Source of the DNA: Catajapyx aquilonaris
Lineage: Eukaryota
Reading direction: 5' to 3'
Assembly (NCBI GenBank): GCA_000934665.2
Contig: KZ538420.1
Coordinates: 1 to 64,000 of the forward strand
DNA length: 64,000 nt
In this document: piece after piece, positions 40,501-62,846 of the stretch
How the letters are laid out: the number at the start of each line of letters is the position of its first letter
How positions within the stretch are numbered: the first letter of the stretch is position 1
Notes under the pieces: generated by a model
Told to the model about the DNA's origin: nothing
Database searches by the model: none
The model's input: only the letters and a program-made list of their open reading frames with translations
Position numbers and translations under genes: made by a program

Positions 40501-41195
40501 ATTATCTGAAATTGGTGTTGTTATACTAGCAATATGTCTGAGAAGCTATCTTGCATGATGCCTGTTTTCACTTCTGATTTATGTATTGCAGGAGAAATTA
40601 TTTTTCATAGCATAGCGACACAGCAGCTGTACTGTGTTCTATTATCTTCTTCCGACTATGGCAAAACATGGCCAATTATTTGGCTGTTTTGTTTGATTCA
40701 CCAGATGAAATACAGGCAAAATTCCCAGCCACAGCCGTTTTCAGTGGAATTACAACATTTGTACTATAATACACAAATGGAAGAAATCCTGCACGATACC
40801 TTTCTAATCCACCAGTAAATTCTTCGTTTACATTTACAGAAGAAGTACATTAAGATATATACTGGTACTCATATTCTCGAGTAGTAGTGCTGTATACAGT
40901 ACCTCGGTATTTTATACAATTCGTTTCTGTGAATCTCATATTCATCCTCGGCAAACTGATCAACGCAGACTAGCTTAAGTATACTTGAGTGGCCCAAGGG
41001 AATGGCGGTTTATATATGCTAGAGTGTATAGTTACATCTACTGTAGCTTACAATGTCGCTATAAACGAGGTGGTTATAGACAGACTGACACTGGTAAACC
41101 ATGCTGTGAAAATAATGCAAAAAATATCTCACACTTGCCATACCCTCCTCTTGGCACACAAGACAACACGCAAACTGGACATCAGAGAAAAAGGG

Positions 41196-43142
41196 TCAGA
41201 CTGTACTGGAGTAATTATTCGTGTCATAATTTTCCATGGTGGTGAAAGTTCCAGTTGTCACGCTATTCTTCTTGAGTGAATTTCTTGACTCCGCGATTTT
41301 CAAGAGAGCACTCTTGCTGGCTCGAAGTTCCGAAAAAGTCTGCTCAGTGACTGCGCTGGAGGCTTCTCCACCAGAATGACAAATGTCGGGCTGTTGCTTC
41401 TTCAGCAAAGGTCCTTCTACCCCTTCTTCGTTGGCCACCAGGAGAGTGTCCCGATTGTGCTTTCCTAATAGAGTTTCCCTGCTGTGTTGCTGAAGACGTC
41501 GCTCCATCCCTGGGATCACTTTAACCATGTCTTCGATGCTTGTGAATCTCTGGAGATAAGCTGTGACGCACATGAGGGCGCTGAGCTCGGACATGACGAA
41601 GGCTGTCAGAGCTGCCATGAAGGACCAGCCGTACTGATAGCTAAAGAGCTGCATGTCTCGTTCCTTGTCAATTCGTGGCCAGTAATAAAACTCGTCGTTC
41701 AGAACAGAGACGAACACTACTAGGCCTCCACCCAGTGAGAGACCTGGAAATAAGCCCAGAGCAGCAATCATGCAGAAACCCTAATTTTTAAAAATAAAGA
41801 CTATCTAATCACTAACTTCGGACCTAGACTGTACAAAATAAAACAAAAAATGTATGTACTAGCATGTACCATATACAGGAGGAAAACTATGTACTCGTTA
41901 TGAAGCTTATAAGTTAGTCAGTGATTTGCTAGAAATTTTGAGATATGTCAACAGTCATATAATTATTTTTCTCTTGCATTAGCAAAGGCAGAAGTATATA
42001 TGTAATTTTGCAACCCACCTCCTAATATATACATGCCGCAAGCAAGAAGAGTTTTTTGATCTTCATTGAAATGTCCAGCCACTGTCAAGATTGTAGCGGT
42101 GATGACTAAGATCACGCTAACAATCTCAAACGGCGTTGATAATCTGCAACAAACAATAGACAAGGAAAGTAAATTAGTCTCTCTTGAAGCTTGATTTCTG
42201 CTGGTACGCAAATACACAGTAGACTATAATTATGAAAGTGGCAATGAATCCACGATATCAGACACCAGAACTTCTTTTTAGATTGTAGTTATTTCTGATT
42301 TGGTTGACGAAATCGTGGAAGAAGAGGTCAGACATGATTACAGTTACAGTATGTGTCATGCAATCAGGGCAAAATGTGCAAATGAGAAAATGTTTGCCTC
42401 TTGGAATATTCCAGAATGGGCCAAAATTGCTCTTGTTTCAGTCACAAGTGCTGCACTTTGATCACCTTTTGTACTGAGCACTAATTATTATCCCAGAGGT
42501 TCCAATCCCTCCCGGTATTCCCTCCAAGTCGAACCAAACACATCGTAATTTTTAGCAGCCCTTTTGACTGCATCTGGTTTCATTACGGCACAAAAACCAT
42601 GAAAAATAAGCTTCATCCCCAGAGAGATTGATTTTTTTCTTACCTCACACGATTCACAAAGGCAGGTGTGAATTCAACAGGAACACGGATGCGCAAATCC
42701 TTGGCACAGAGATTCTTGGTGACGAAATAATTTATACTGGCACAGGGTGACACAGGAACGCCTAAAATGTAATAAAAGCAGCATTTAAGTTGCACAAATA
42801 CAATATTCCATATTTGTATTCTAGGAGCCGTATAAAGGCAAATTAAGGGAAACATTCCTATACAAAATCCGATATTTTCCCTTAATTTTTGTTCATACAA
42901 CCGTTGTACGACTTACTATAATTGAATGCCAATGATTTGTTGATGAAGGGGCAAACCTTCCAGAGTCCAATCCGGAAGGTAACTGGTAAAGCCTTCCCTT
43001 CGTAATGAGGGAGGAGGACAGGCTCTGTGATATCCACCCACGAGTTGGTGAGAACAGACACCAAGAGGATAGCCAAAGACACGGATCCCCAAAGAACGCT
43101 GATTTGAGATGCACGAGAGCTGGAGGGGCAGCAGGGTGCCAT
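41196..43142 (-). CDS. TARP/stargazin (CACNG)-like PMP22/claudin-superfamily tetraspan protein, 338 aa
   Basis: Exons 42917-43142, 42644-42761, 42019-42143 and 41196-41743 have consistent phases (1017 nt). There is an in-frame stop just upstream of the ATG. W..GLWKVC..C loop signature, four hydrophobic segments, YQYGWSF before TM4, and a long tail ending -SSTV (class I PDZ-binding motif). Confidence 0.85.
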
Positions 43143-43684
43143 GGGTCAGGAGGCATGGGTGGCACTCTGGTTGCCGTTCAATTCTTGCAGTCCAGGTTCT
43201 ACATTCCAGAGATCTTGTCGTTGTCGTTGTTGGTGTGGATGTCCAGGATTTCGGCGGCCTTTCTTTCAGCTACCTCTTCCAGCTCTTCCACTGACACAGC
43301 CTTTCATTCAAGTTCACTTGATTATCTTAAAGGAACAAGTGGTACGAGTTGGTTATGACATTTTGTAACGGACATAACAAGTTTATCTCAAATGGGTTTG
43401 GTGTCGCCCCCAGATATCTTAAATGGCTCCAGTTTTAGATTCTTTGAACATCATTAACATTCATGATCTTCACCCATTGAATTATGTCTACTTTGTACAT
43501 AAATAATATGATTTTTTGCAATTACAGATGCTTCTCAGGAAGACTACCTGGGAGTGGGAAGTATCCAGAAGGAAAGGGGTCAAACATGGCTCAGATCATT
43601 TGAAAAACGTTTCAGGAAATAAAATGCCCCAAAACGCATTTGGATCCATTTTGGTGATTCCTATTCAAACTCTCAGTTTCATTC

Positions 43685-43926
43685 GAAGAAGTGAAATGCA
43701 GAACGATCAGAGCCACATTTGGTCGAAACTGACAATGAGTTAGGCATTGTGTCATATGGTCATTGACGCGCGTTATGTTCCGATTGCCATATCAGTTTTA
43801 TGATGCTGACGTAATATTACACCCACCATATATGCTGCACCGTATGCTGTAATAGTCTTCATATATCAAACCCGTCAATTCCTAAATTATTCCAATGAGA
43901 CTGCTCGTTCTGCATTTCACGTCTCC
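43685..43926. mobile_element. ~242-bp MITE
   Basis: TIRs are GAAGAAGTGAAATGCAGAACGATCAG / CTGCTCGTTCTGCATTTCACGTCTCC, with ATTC / ATTT flanks. Confidence 0.6.
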
Positions 43927-45555
43927 ATTTTCATTCTTTCAGAGATGTCATTACACAAAGGCAGAGGTGCACTTTACGACGCAGAATCTGGGCCCTACTG
44001 AGGCTATAGACCTCTACAAGAGCAGGAATTACACCTCTTTGTAAATACTGTACGTGTACCTGTTGAACCGAAGCTAACATCGGCAAACGAAATGGCAGTA
44101 ACTACTTCAAAGAGAGGACATAACTTTATACTGACATTATTTTTCATCATCCACCTCAAAGACGCGGGTATACCTAGGCAGGTTTATAATAATCGGACTT
44201 TTTTTTCCGCTTCAAGTGCGTCCATTGTCGACGCACATGCAACCGACAATAAGGAAAAATTTCAGTTGACGATATTACTGTGATATGTATCACGCTAATT
44301 TAAAAATTGTGCATTCCATGCAACATTCAAGTAAGCATATAGAACAAAATATCTTCGGAATCAACAAACAGCTGGTTTTAATCCGACGACATATTGCTCC
44401 TGACACCAGATATTGCAGCACCAATCACACATTCCTGACCAAAAGTGCCGAAAATGACACTCGATTCTCAGCCAACGACCTGGTCCCATCAACTGTAGCA
44501 CATATAGCCTAAGCCTCTATTTGCGCATGTTCTACTGAAGGGTGGAAACACACCACTTTTATATGTTCAATATCGCACATCGCCGAGAGGAAAGTCCGGC
44601 AACTCGTGCGTCTGAATTCAAGAACCTATATGATGCCACAAGACAATAAAACCAATTTATCTTACCGTTGCTAATAATGTCTCCCATTAAATCTGGGGAC
44701 CCCTAGGAAGTGTCCTCCAGCTGGAGCACAGTATCTGCTGACACAGAGGCGGCAGGGTGCAGCAGCATATATCCAGGTTCCAGTGTGCGCCATGGCTGGT
44801 CTTGTTTGGCTCTGGCGCCGAATCCGATAACCAAGCTCCGGGTAGGGGGTGAGCTGGGCGGGGCTCGAGTGAAGGGGGGGGGGGGGNNNNNNNNNNNNNN
44901 NNGGGGGGGGGTCTATAGGCTTCTCCAAATTTTCACCACGGCTATTGAGACGGAGCTTTTGGTGGTATAATAATTTGAGGGTGTCCTGGAACATTCAATA
45001 TCTTTACCTGAAAGATATTAATATTTGAACTGAATTTTTTATTATACAGAGCTCATGATGTTCAATTATGATATGTCAGGTTGTATAATATGTCCAAACA
45101 TATTCATACTTTTAAACGTATGGATCGATCTTTTCCGGGGGAGAGAGAGAGAGAAAAAAAAGTGAAGTCTGTTACACCCAGGTTTGGGGGTGGGGATTTG
45201 GGGGATGGAGAAGGGAGGTGACTGTGGCAGGGTTCCTTTCCCCCGTCCTCCCCCCTTGTTCCGCTGCGGCTGGCTATAGACTATGAATTTGAACATTTAG
45301 GTGAAATGACACGTCGAAAGCCTATAATTTAGGTGAAGTGATATTTTCATTTCATTTAGTCTGCCTGAAGACGAACTTTTTTATTTTCTTGCAGAAAGGG
45401 TAATACCCTTGAATAATGTATTTTAGAAATAATGGCATCAACTTTATCATACATTATGTGGAGTGTTTCATTTGATATGGCCTAGACAACAAAACTACGT
45501 ACAACATTCATCTGAAATTATGCTAATAAACATAAATTAACCCTAAGGAGAGTGC

Positions 45556-47423
45556 TCAATTGTTCCAGATGATATTTTGTAGTTGCGCCGGAGCCTTATG
45601 GCCTGCGTAACAAATAGAGGCGACAAACGTAAGAATAGCTGCTGTCCAACCCGATAGCAAGATCAAAAACGGAAGGGTGAATTTTGCTAGAGGCCTTTCT
45701 TCTGTTGTGTTGGCAGCAGCAGTTCTCCGTCCTAAAGCAGCCGTTTCCTCCGAGAAACGTCTTTCCCAGAAAGCAAAAAGTGCGCCTTGCTGCAGACGAA
45801 AGATGACACGTTCAAATGTTCCAATGAATGGAGCTCCTTTTGGAGCAGCCAACGCTCCCCACATCGGAAACTTGGTCTCGCTTGCCACTCGGAGCAACCT
45901 AAAAGGAGTTAGTGCTAAGTCGAGTTAACATTTTTTCCATCACCTGGATGCTGCTAGATATAGTGCACTAACCTGTTTCCATGTCGATCGACATATCGGC
46001 TGCCTTGTTCCTCGAAGAGAGTAGTGTCTGTTATGCAAGCTATTCCAGAAGATATGGCAGCCTCGTAACAACTGTCCCACTTGGGAAAGATGAGTACCTC
46101 CGGATGTATCTGACCTATGGTCTTGTTCAGCAATGCCCAACTTACTGACACTATTCCCACCTGCATGTCTGATGCAGCCAGTGCTTCAAAAGAATTGAGC
46201 ACTGGATCTTGAGGAGGCAGGATCAAATAGCCTACCAAAAGACTCTTGTATGAGTTGCAGACAATGAGTGTCAAACAGTACCAAGTAGCTATGAGGAGTG
46301 GGCACTTCCTCTCAGATTTGGGTATGGTGATGTCTTGTTGCAGGAGCGAACGTATGGTGCCCATCACACTCCTGTCCATCGCAGTCCAGTGATTCAGGCC
46401 ATTGTTAGTCAGCCCATCGCTCATCCGGAGTATCATGTAAGTGATCAATGTGTAGCACAAGACAGAAGCGGTCAGCAAGCACCATATCTTCACCTTAAAG
46501 GGCCTGAGTAGATTTTCCCACCTGAATCTGCATTGAGGCTGAGCAGTCGCAAAGGTTAGTTCTCCGGAGTTAATAGGTGCGGTGAAGTCCAACATTGTCC
46601 AACGGTCTTGTGTTGTGGCAATACCAACCGCGCAGTCACCACGTCCCGATAGTAAGTCTTCCACTATGCCGTTTCTGGTCGCGTTGGAGTAAGAACCGTC
46701 CGGTTTGCAAGATGAGCAAAAGTCGATGGTCCAATTGAAATTCAGAGTGCGTCCCATGCAGTATACTAGTTCGTAAAGGGCATCACCAGACAGCCCCTGA
46801 GAGCGGAGTTGATCCACCATTTCCATGGAGACGTGATCAAAGTAGGGGAAACGCAATAGCTGGCCACCAAAATCCCAAGTAAAATCCGGGAAAAGGTTTC
46901 TCTCAAGTTTGGCCACTGCGTCTTTCTCTTTGCAATAGAGACAATGTGTGGTGAAAGAGGTGTCTTGGTCGAGTCCAAGCTTGAACTTGATCCGTCGTAC
47001 AGACGGTGCAAAAAAGAACCTGGACGTGTTACCGCCTTCTCTATCCCAAAACACAAAGTAGTCGTGCTCCTGTCGGAAAGGACCCATTTGTCTTGACAGA
47101 GAGACTACCTCCTTCAGCTTTCTTTCTGTCGATATGATGAGGTGGCAGTTGTCGTGATTGCCTCTTTGCTTGGCCGGGACTGCCATTTGGAGAGTTGGAA
47201 CCTTGGCCGTGGTAGATGATATCACATAGGTAGAGTTCATGTTTCGAAGTAGAGAGATAAGGCCATTAGGTAGCACTTGATAGTCGTGCGAAACTAGGAC
47301 TGTGCTGAAGGGAAAGTGATTCAGTATTAGCGGGAGTAGTGATTTCGACACAGATTCTTCCGATAAAGGCGCAGGCACTACGTTACACACAAGCAGGTAC
47401 ACTATAAAGATTTGGGTGTGCAT
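45556..47423 (-). CDS. Divergent ionotropic receptor (IR, iGluR-related chemoreceptor), 597 aa
   Basis: Exons 45973-47423 and 45556-45898 are separated by a 74-bp GT-AG intron and the phase is consistent. Signal-peptide-like N-terminus, S1 GIVEDLLSGRGD...DRWTMLDFT, LLRPF..W before M1, pore SLLQQ, M3 SYKSLLVGYL, S2 LQQGALF.FW, then M4. Confidence 0.9.
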
Positions 47424-49501
47424 TGTGGGAGCCAACTTCTTGTATGTCCATCAGAAACGAAATCAGTGAGAATATGGTACAAACAGAGTGCGTAGAGAAT
47501 ATAAAGAAGTTTTTCAATACGTGTCTCCGGCAAAAAGGCTGAAAGGATGGCAGCAGATTTTCAATTTACTATAGTAATTATAGTTGTGCAAGAGGCAGAC
47601 AGTTACAGCACAAAAGGCGGACTTCCTGAGTGCAACGCAGTACTGGCTTAATGGACAGATGACAGGTCTGACAAATGTGAAATACTCTCTATGCTGGTAT
47701 GGTTGGTTAGTTCATGGGTCATGCTTTGTGGCTCTGAGGAACCAATAGGATTTACCCTACATGCACTACTGCTCATATTTTATTTCCAGTGGCAAAAATA
47801 CAGGGCTTCATCTCGTTAGAAAAATATGATTCATTTGACAGAATCGACAGAAGTGTTTGGAATTAGTTCTTTATATAGCCTTACTGAGAACTGTGCATCA
47901 TGACCTGGCTGTCTTACAATCACAGTGCAGACTATTGGAAAGCTACACTTCCATAACACTGCTTAAATTATTTTGGTCGTATTTCCACCGTGATATCTTC
48001 CGAGGCATCCTAATCCATTTACCCACTTCTGTCAATAAAGTCATTTTGCCTTAAAATGACAGGAAGAATAAGCTTCATTCTCACTGAGGCTAGCCATTTT
48101 TTGGGGGAAAAGTTTCACTTTGTCAGATATTATCAGCAATAATCACTATTGTATTGTAAATTATTACGATTCAAGATTAAACCGATCTTTGATTACGTCA
48201 TTTAAGCACTTAAAGTTGCTGTTCCTCTCCATCGGTTACCTTCAGGTTTAGAAACAGAAAATATTAGCAGAAAGTAATAGATCGTTAAATTGAAATAATC
48301 ATTGTTGACCATTCCATGTAAGAGAGTCTATATCTTGAAAGAAGGAAGTTCAACCCTTACCCTCAGATGCCAGCGATTGCAATTTCGTCATATTCGTAAC
48401 TTACCCATTCTAAGCTTGATAGTTTATTTCAATGCAGGGCCTTCCCTCGACCTCATATGTATATGCAGTATAGCTTTTATACACAGTAACATCTTGCTCC
48501 GGCAATGACACACCGAGAACAACAACAACTGCTTGTCAAATGCGCAGCATATTCATGGCAAAACTTTGCATAACATACTTACCGTATATTAAGATCTGTC
48601 AGCTGGAACACGTAACTATAACATGCGCATTGTAGATAGAGTTGAGTTTGTGTAGGTCGTAGGCAGTGCGTGTTCCAAGCCGCTTTTTTCATAGCATTTG
48701 CTATTGAGCGTGTTTTTAAAGAAAGGTACGGGGGAGGTACCTCATTATGTAAGCGAGGGTGTGGCATCATCCTGTGTACAGCAAGAGCAATTCAGGAAAA
48801 TTAATTTAGCACGAATGCTACTACCATTTTTCCATATTTGCGAGGGATGTTTAGAGAGTTGCCTATCCCGATATCGTAGCAGAAGTGTGAGCAGAAGGTA
48901 CTGACCATCAATCAAGAAGAGATTCCAGCAAGTTGTTGGGAGATAATAAGTCTTTAAAATAATAAGGTATGTAGTAATAATTTTGTATCTTATTATATAC
49001 ATGTTGTGTTTTCCCCCAAAAGGACCAATAGCCAGTAGTCCATCATGGGGTTACGAAAATTAAAAATAATTTAAAAAAATAAATAGTATATGATTTGTGT
49101 TCATTTCCATTTACAAGTAGAGGGGTGCACCAAATTAAAGCTATATAATATTATAATGCTAATAGTAGTGAACAGTATGACGAAAAACCGACTACTGTGC
49201 GGTAAAATTTTACGCTATACGCAATAATGCAAGATATCCTTTTATGGAAATACTCGTATATGTTTTTCCGCTATAATTCAACCTTGATGGTATTGGCCTC
49301 ATGCAAGTGTGAAATACTTGATTCAAAATTGCGGGAGAAAGCCAATAATAATTTCACTGTAAGTTATATGCCAAGGCTTTAGTTTGCAAAGACTGTATAC
49401 ACCTGTGAAGTCTGTACTCTGCATTCAACAAATCGGGGCATCAGGAAGGTTCACTGTGCTGGGGTTGATTTTTCATGCATGAACTCATACCAGGATGTAC
49501 T

Positions 49502-49598
49502 ATATCGCTCAAAAACATAGAGACTATTTTGCATTTGATTCAAGTGCAAGCTGCACTTGAGTCAAATGCAAAATCGTCTCTATGTTTTTGAGCGATAT
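49502..49598. repeat. 97-bp near-perfect hairpin
   Basis: ATATCGCTCAAAAACATAGAGAC...GTGCA-agc-TGCAC...GTCTCTATGTTTTTGAGCGATAT, with two mismatches. Confidence 0.85.
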
Positions 49599-49881
49599 GC
49601 AGTAAGTACTATAGAATGTAAGTTATTCCTTGTTTGTGATTGCAGATTTTTAAATTATTATAGCAAACTATACTCTTTAGCTATCTGAGATGGACTCTAT
49701 AGACTCTCATGTGATTTTATATTATCTGACCATTTTAGTTATATAATAGGCCAATTTACTGATATGGCTTTTTGTTCCCTATGACTATTCAAATAGCATT
49801 TAATGGTATAACTGATACATTACAATAATTATTCTCTTACATAGAAATATTAGCCATAGACCACAACAACCGTAAAATGTA

Positions 49882-50426
49882 CAGGTATACCCGTTTTACA
49901 TAGTTAATTGGTTCCAGCAAAATGCGGCCTAAAGTGAAAAGGCGTAAAACGAAACAAAATTATAATGGAAGTAAATGAGATACCTTGTAGATTCCAAGAT
50001 TTCAAAAAAAAAAATCGCTCAGACGGTACTTAAATTGCTGTTTTTAATGCGGAACATTTGAAACATTTATCATGCACATTTATGGGAGGTTCCAGCTTCC
50101 AGGTTTGGGTCATCGGGATCTGAGGCCTCTTTAAGAATATTGCAGTAGACGTAGGGTATTTAACAGACTTCGAAGAGTACCGAGACCAACAATACGGTGC
50201 TCTATGTTTATCGATAGACCCCTCCACAAGGCACCACGGAAAACAAAAAAGAGCATTATAATTATGGCCGTGTGTTTGAACTGAGAAATGTTGCAGTGAT
50301 GTGGTTATGATCGGATTGTGTTGTTATCGTACAATTTTTCAAAAATGTTCAAGTAAATTGTTTTAAAACATCAATTTTCAAACCGGCGCGGCATAAAATG
50401 GAGCAATGTAAAACGGGTACCCATTG
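49882..50426. mobile_element. pogo/Tigger-like MITE
   Basis: TA flanks. TIRs are CAGGTATACCCGTTTTACAT / ATGTAAAACGGGTACCCATTG. Confidence 0.6.
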
Positions 50427-52323
50427 TATTCCTCATTATACCTGCTAACATGTCCTCACAGGTATTGTGCAAGTAGGCTATAGGCCTATACTACTGTAGG
50501 CTACATCACGTCATTAATTTTTAATCATTGTGCAGTTGCGGTCTTGATACGTATATGAATGATTTGAACATGTAGCACCAAAAATCGATAATCACTACGG
50601 GGACTCCTCAATTTGAGCACACTGTATTCATGGGCATTGGCCGGCATTGGCCAGCTACACTTGTTGCACCAAGGCTACTGATGCAACATTGTAACTTACA
50701 ATTACGGGCCCGTGATGTCAGTGACATCTTCTAGCTGCAATTTAGAACCGTTAGGACCCATAATTATACTGATTTCAAAAGTGATTCCACCAAAAATCAT
50801 CCCTGATGCTCCAATATGCTGGGAGGAGGGGGTATGTTAAAAAATGGAAAATACTGTAGGTCTATAATTATATATACTATAATTGAAAATGACAATCATG
50901 TTGTTCATCTTCTCTACACACTCTGATTACAGCATATTCCGTAAAGGGTTTCAACCCTTCGCAAAATGAAGTCCATTTTTTTACAATAATTGGGGAGTGG
51001 TTTTTGAAAATTCAGAATTAAATAATATATAGAATTGGAAAACACACTATGTCGCAATGAAAATGACTAGGAATTTATGAATTTCTTGAACACGCCACAG
51101 TGATCCTGGAATATTCGCCAAACTGGGTTGGTAGGCTATTTTTCTGGTTACGAATGCAAATCAGTATACTGGGTGTCACGAAACAGAATGAAGCGACAGG
51201 AACGGAACGGGACTCGTTTATTTGACCCTTCTTCTAGGTCATATTAACTTATTACTTCAATGAGCTACTGTAGGCTACGTGATTGTGACGGACAGCTCGT
51301 GTAGGCTTATGCAACGGCTGCCACTGTCAATTTTGTACTGTGAGAAGCTATATAGCAGAGTGAAGAGTCGATTGTGAGAAAGTCAAGTTTGTGTTGCATG
51401 CTTATTGCTGGGGTCCTCTTGCTTTAGACAGCAGTTAGTGAGCATGGAAAAATAACTTGAATTTTGCTTTTGATAAAAGAGAAAAGCCTGATCGTAACCA
51501 TGATCGTAACGCACTATAAGTAGTGCTGGAGGAAGTTTTTGTTGCGGTGAGTGGTGCTTATTTAGGTCTGATGAAAATCGTCATTTCATTCTTGGCTTAT
51601 GTGGTCGGTGAAAGTATTTCGCATGAGGCAATATTCTACGCCGTCTGTGAATATCCAAGATAACAAAAATGTCGGTATCCTGTGCAAAGAGAGTTCACTT
51701 TTGGAAAATTGACACTTAACAGGTGCTTCGCTGGAAACACATTGAGGTTACGATATTTAGACTTAGAGTAGGCCTATATGTGACACCTTACTAGATGAGG
51801 CACACATACGATATCTAAAAATGAATAAGATATTCATAAAATAATTAAGCCATATATTGATTTTAATTAAGAATTTTTAATTAATTGTGCCGTGAATATA
51901 ATTATGCGAATGACCATTGTCAGCTAGGATCGTGGTCAGGATCATGTGAAAGTGTTTTTATTCTTCTGAATAATCTATCAGTAGAGATTGCTGGGATCAC
52001 GTCCATTAAAAATGATAATGTTTTAATTATAAGCTCGATTTGTTTTCATCGCAACTAGAAATTTTCCTTCATTTGTAAAGAAGGGAAATCCAAAATAGGC
52101 CAGCAGTAGCTAATACTATAGGCCTAATATAATTTATTATTCCCGGCCTCGTACGCCAAAAAAAAAAAGAGAGCGAATAACCCCTATTCATCAACACATC
52201 TGCCGTGGTGTGTATATACATACGTAAAATCGTATTTATCCAGTGTAAAATACACCGACGCTTAGAAATAATTTTGTAACACCAGCTCTGAAATTCTCTC
52301 ACGCAAACATCGCAAGATAGATA

Positions 52324-53173
52324 CCGTAAAATGGGGTGAATAGGGACATTTTTTTTTGGTTTTGTGTGTGTGCGTGCTGTTGCTGTATAATTAGGGTGTA
52401 CTGTATATTTAAAACTATGATATCTTTGATCATTAGTCTTATTTTGTGTTTTAAGACGTGTTTGATGGCCAAAAATGGTTACAAATTATTATATCACACC
52501 TATTTGGTAGTTGTAGCCTATTTAAAATTGCATAGGCAATAGAAATAATGTCCTAGCACTGAAAGCTACAGGTCTACCCTATAGGGTTTGGACCTTAACC
52601 CAAAAATACGGCATATTTTCCCAATTCAAATTATTATTGTTAAAATGCTATAACCTTTTTTTTAAAAAACCAATGTTCCCATTCTCCCCACTGCTGCAAA
52701 AAACGCAAGTTTTTACAAAAAATCGCAGGAATTTTCAAAGTTCAGCAATTTTAAGTTTAGAGATCTCAAATGACTTAGCACTATAAACACCACTGCATTC
52801 CACTGTGTATTCACCAAAGCGAACCTAACCACCAGACTGAATCACACCAAGCAGTTTGTATAGGCTTTTAAAAAAAATACGCCAAATCATGCCAATGAAC
52901 AAGTACCGTACGTATTTTTTTAGAAGTTATGTCTACGGCAATTCATAGAGAACGAACTTTCCTTCACTCATGCTATAACCAGAGAACGATCTGACGTCAT
53001 CCTCCATTGTTGCTGTTTGTTGACACTGTTTACTCATATGGTTCTGTGAGGTTATTTCCATGGAAACCTGCTCAATAAATCAGATCGTTCTCTCATTTTC
53101 CGTACATTATTTAGACATTTTTCAATTTTTTTTACGCCTAATTTAATTGTCTCTATTCACCCCCATTTTGAGG
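52324..53173. mobile_element. pogo-like MITE upstream of the SEC14L start codon
   Basis: TA flanks. TIRs are CCGTAAAATGGGGTGAATAGGGACA / TGTCTCTATTCACCCCCATTTTGAGG. Contains a nested 14-bp inverted repeat at 52981-52994 and 53080-53093. Confidence 0.7.
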
Positions 53174-53508
53174 TACTGTGCCACCTTTTCTCTCCATCTA
53201 TCTCCATCTATTTATCTGTATAATTATCTTCTAATTTGAGCCAGATAGGCATAGTTGGTTATAGTTTTTCCGACTACAAAATCTGGAGCTGTACCAGCTG
53301 TTGGAGCCTAACGCCTGAGGCCACTCCAGTGTTGCCACATTTCTCCTCCCTCCTACCCCAATCGCGCAGTGAGCGCTCTCTAGTCGGGGCTCAGCCGAGC
53401 CGCTACCAGCAGGAAGGGAGGTCGACTTGTACCTTACATCCCAGCCTTCGGACTTGGTACCGCCCGTACAGTGCCCGGGTGTAGCCTTGACGCCCGGCCC
53501 CAGTGTAA

Positions 53509-62390
<8,882 letters not shown>

Positions 62391-62846
62391 GTAAGAGACG
62401 TGAATTTAAGTAGTGGTCATACTGATTAGTTAGCCACATGGGGTAAGCTAGCAAAGTACTTGTACAATGCAATGGTATGAAATGACAACACAGTCATCAA
62501 TGTGAGGCCCTTTTCAAATAGAAGGGTGTATGTGAACTCATCTGCCAACATGATATGAATAGTAGGGGGTGTGTATGGAAGAAGCATGGCATGGGTACGA
62601 AAGGCCAGCGCTGATGTTGATGTCGACAATTTCTCTCCTGACAAGCTTGGATACCCCTGTGCATGCCTGCATCACTGGTTGCTGGGGCAGGCTCTTGCAC
62701 TACCAGACAGTTGCTCAACATGCCTGGCCTGACAACCAGAGATGCAGGCATGTATGGGGATATCTGCCATGACAGTTGCCCTTTAATGTTATATGCTTCT
62801 CATGTTGATTCTGACCTCTGCTGAAAAGGAAGTTAGCCTTATGCAT

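Noticed and set aside
8771..44902. N-runs at 8771-8834, 21798-21825 and 44887-44902, and the ORFs crossing them
   Set aside because: These are assembly gaps at poly-G tracts, and the ORFs through them are artefacts.
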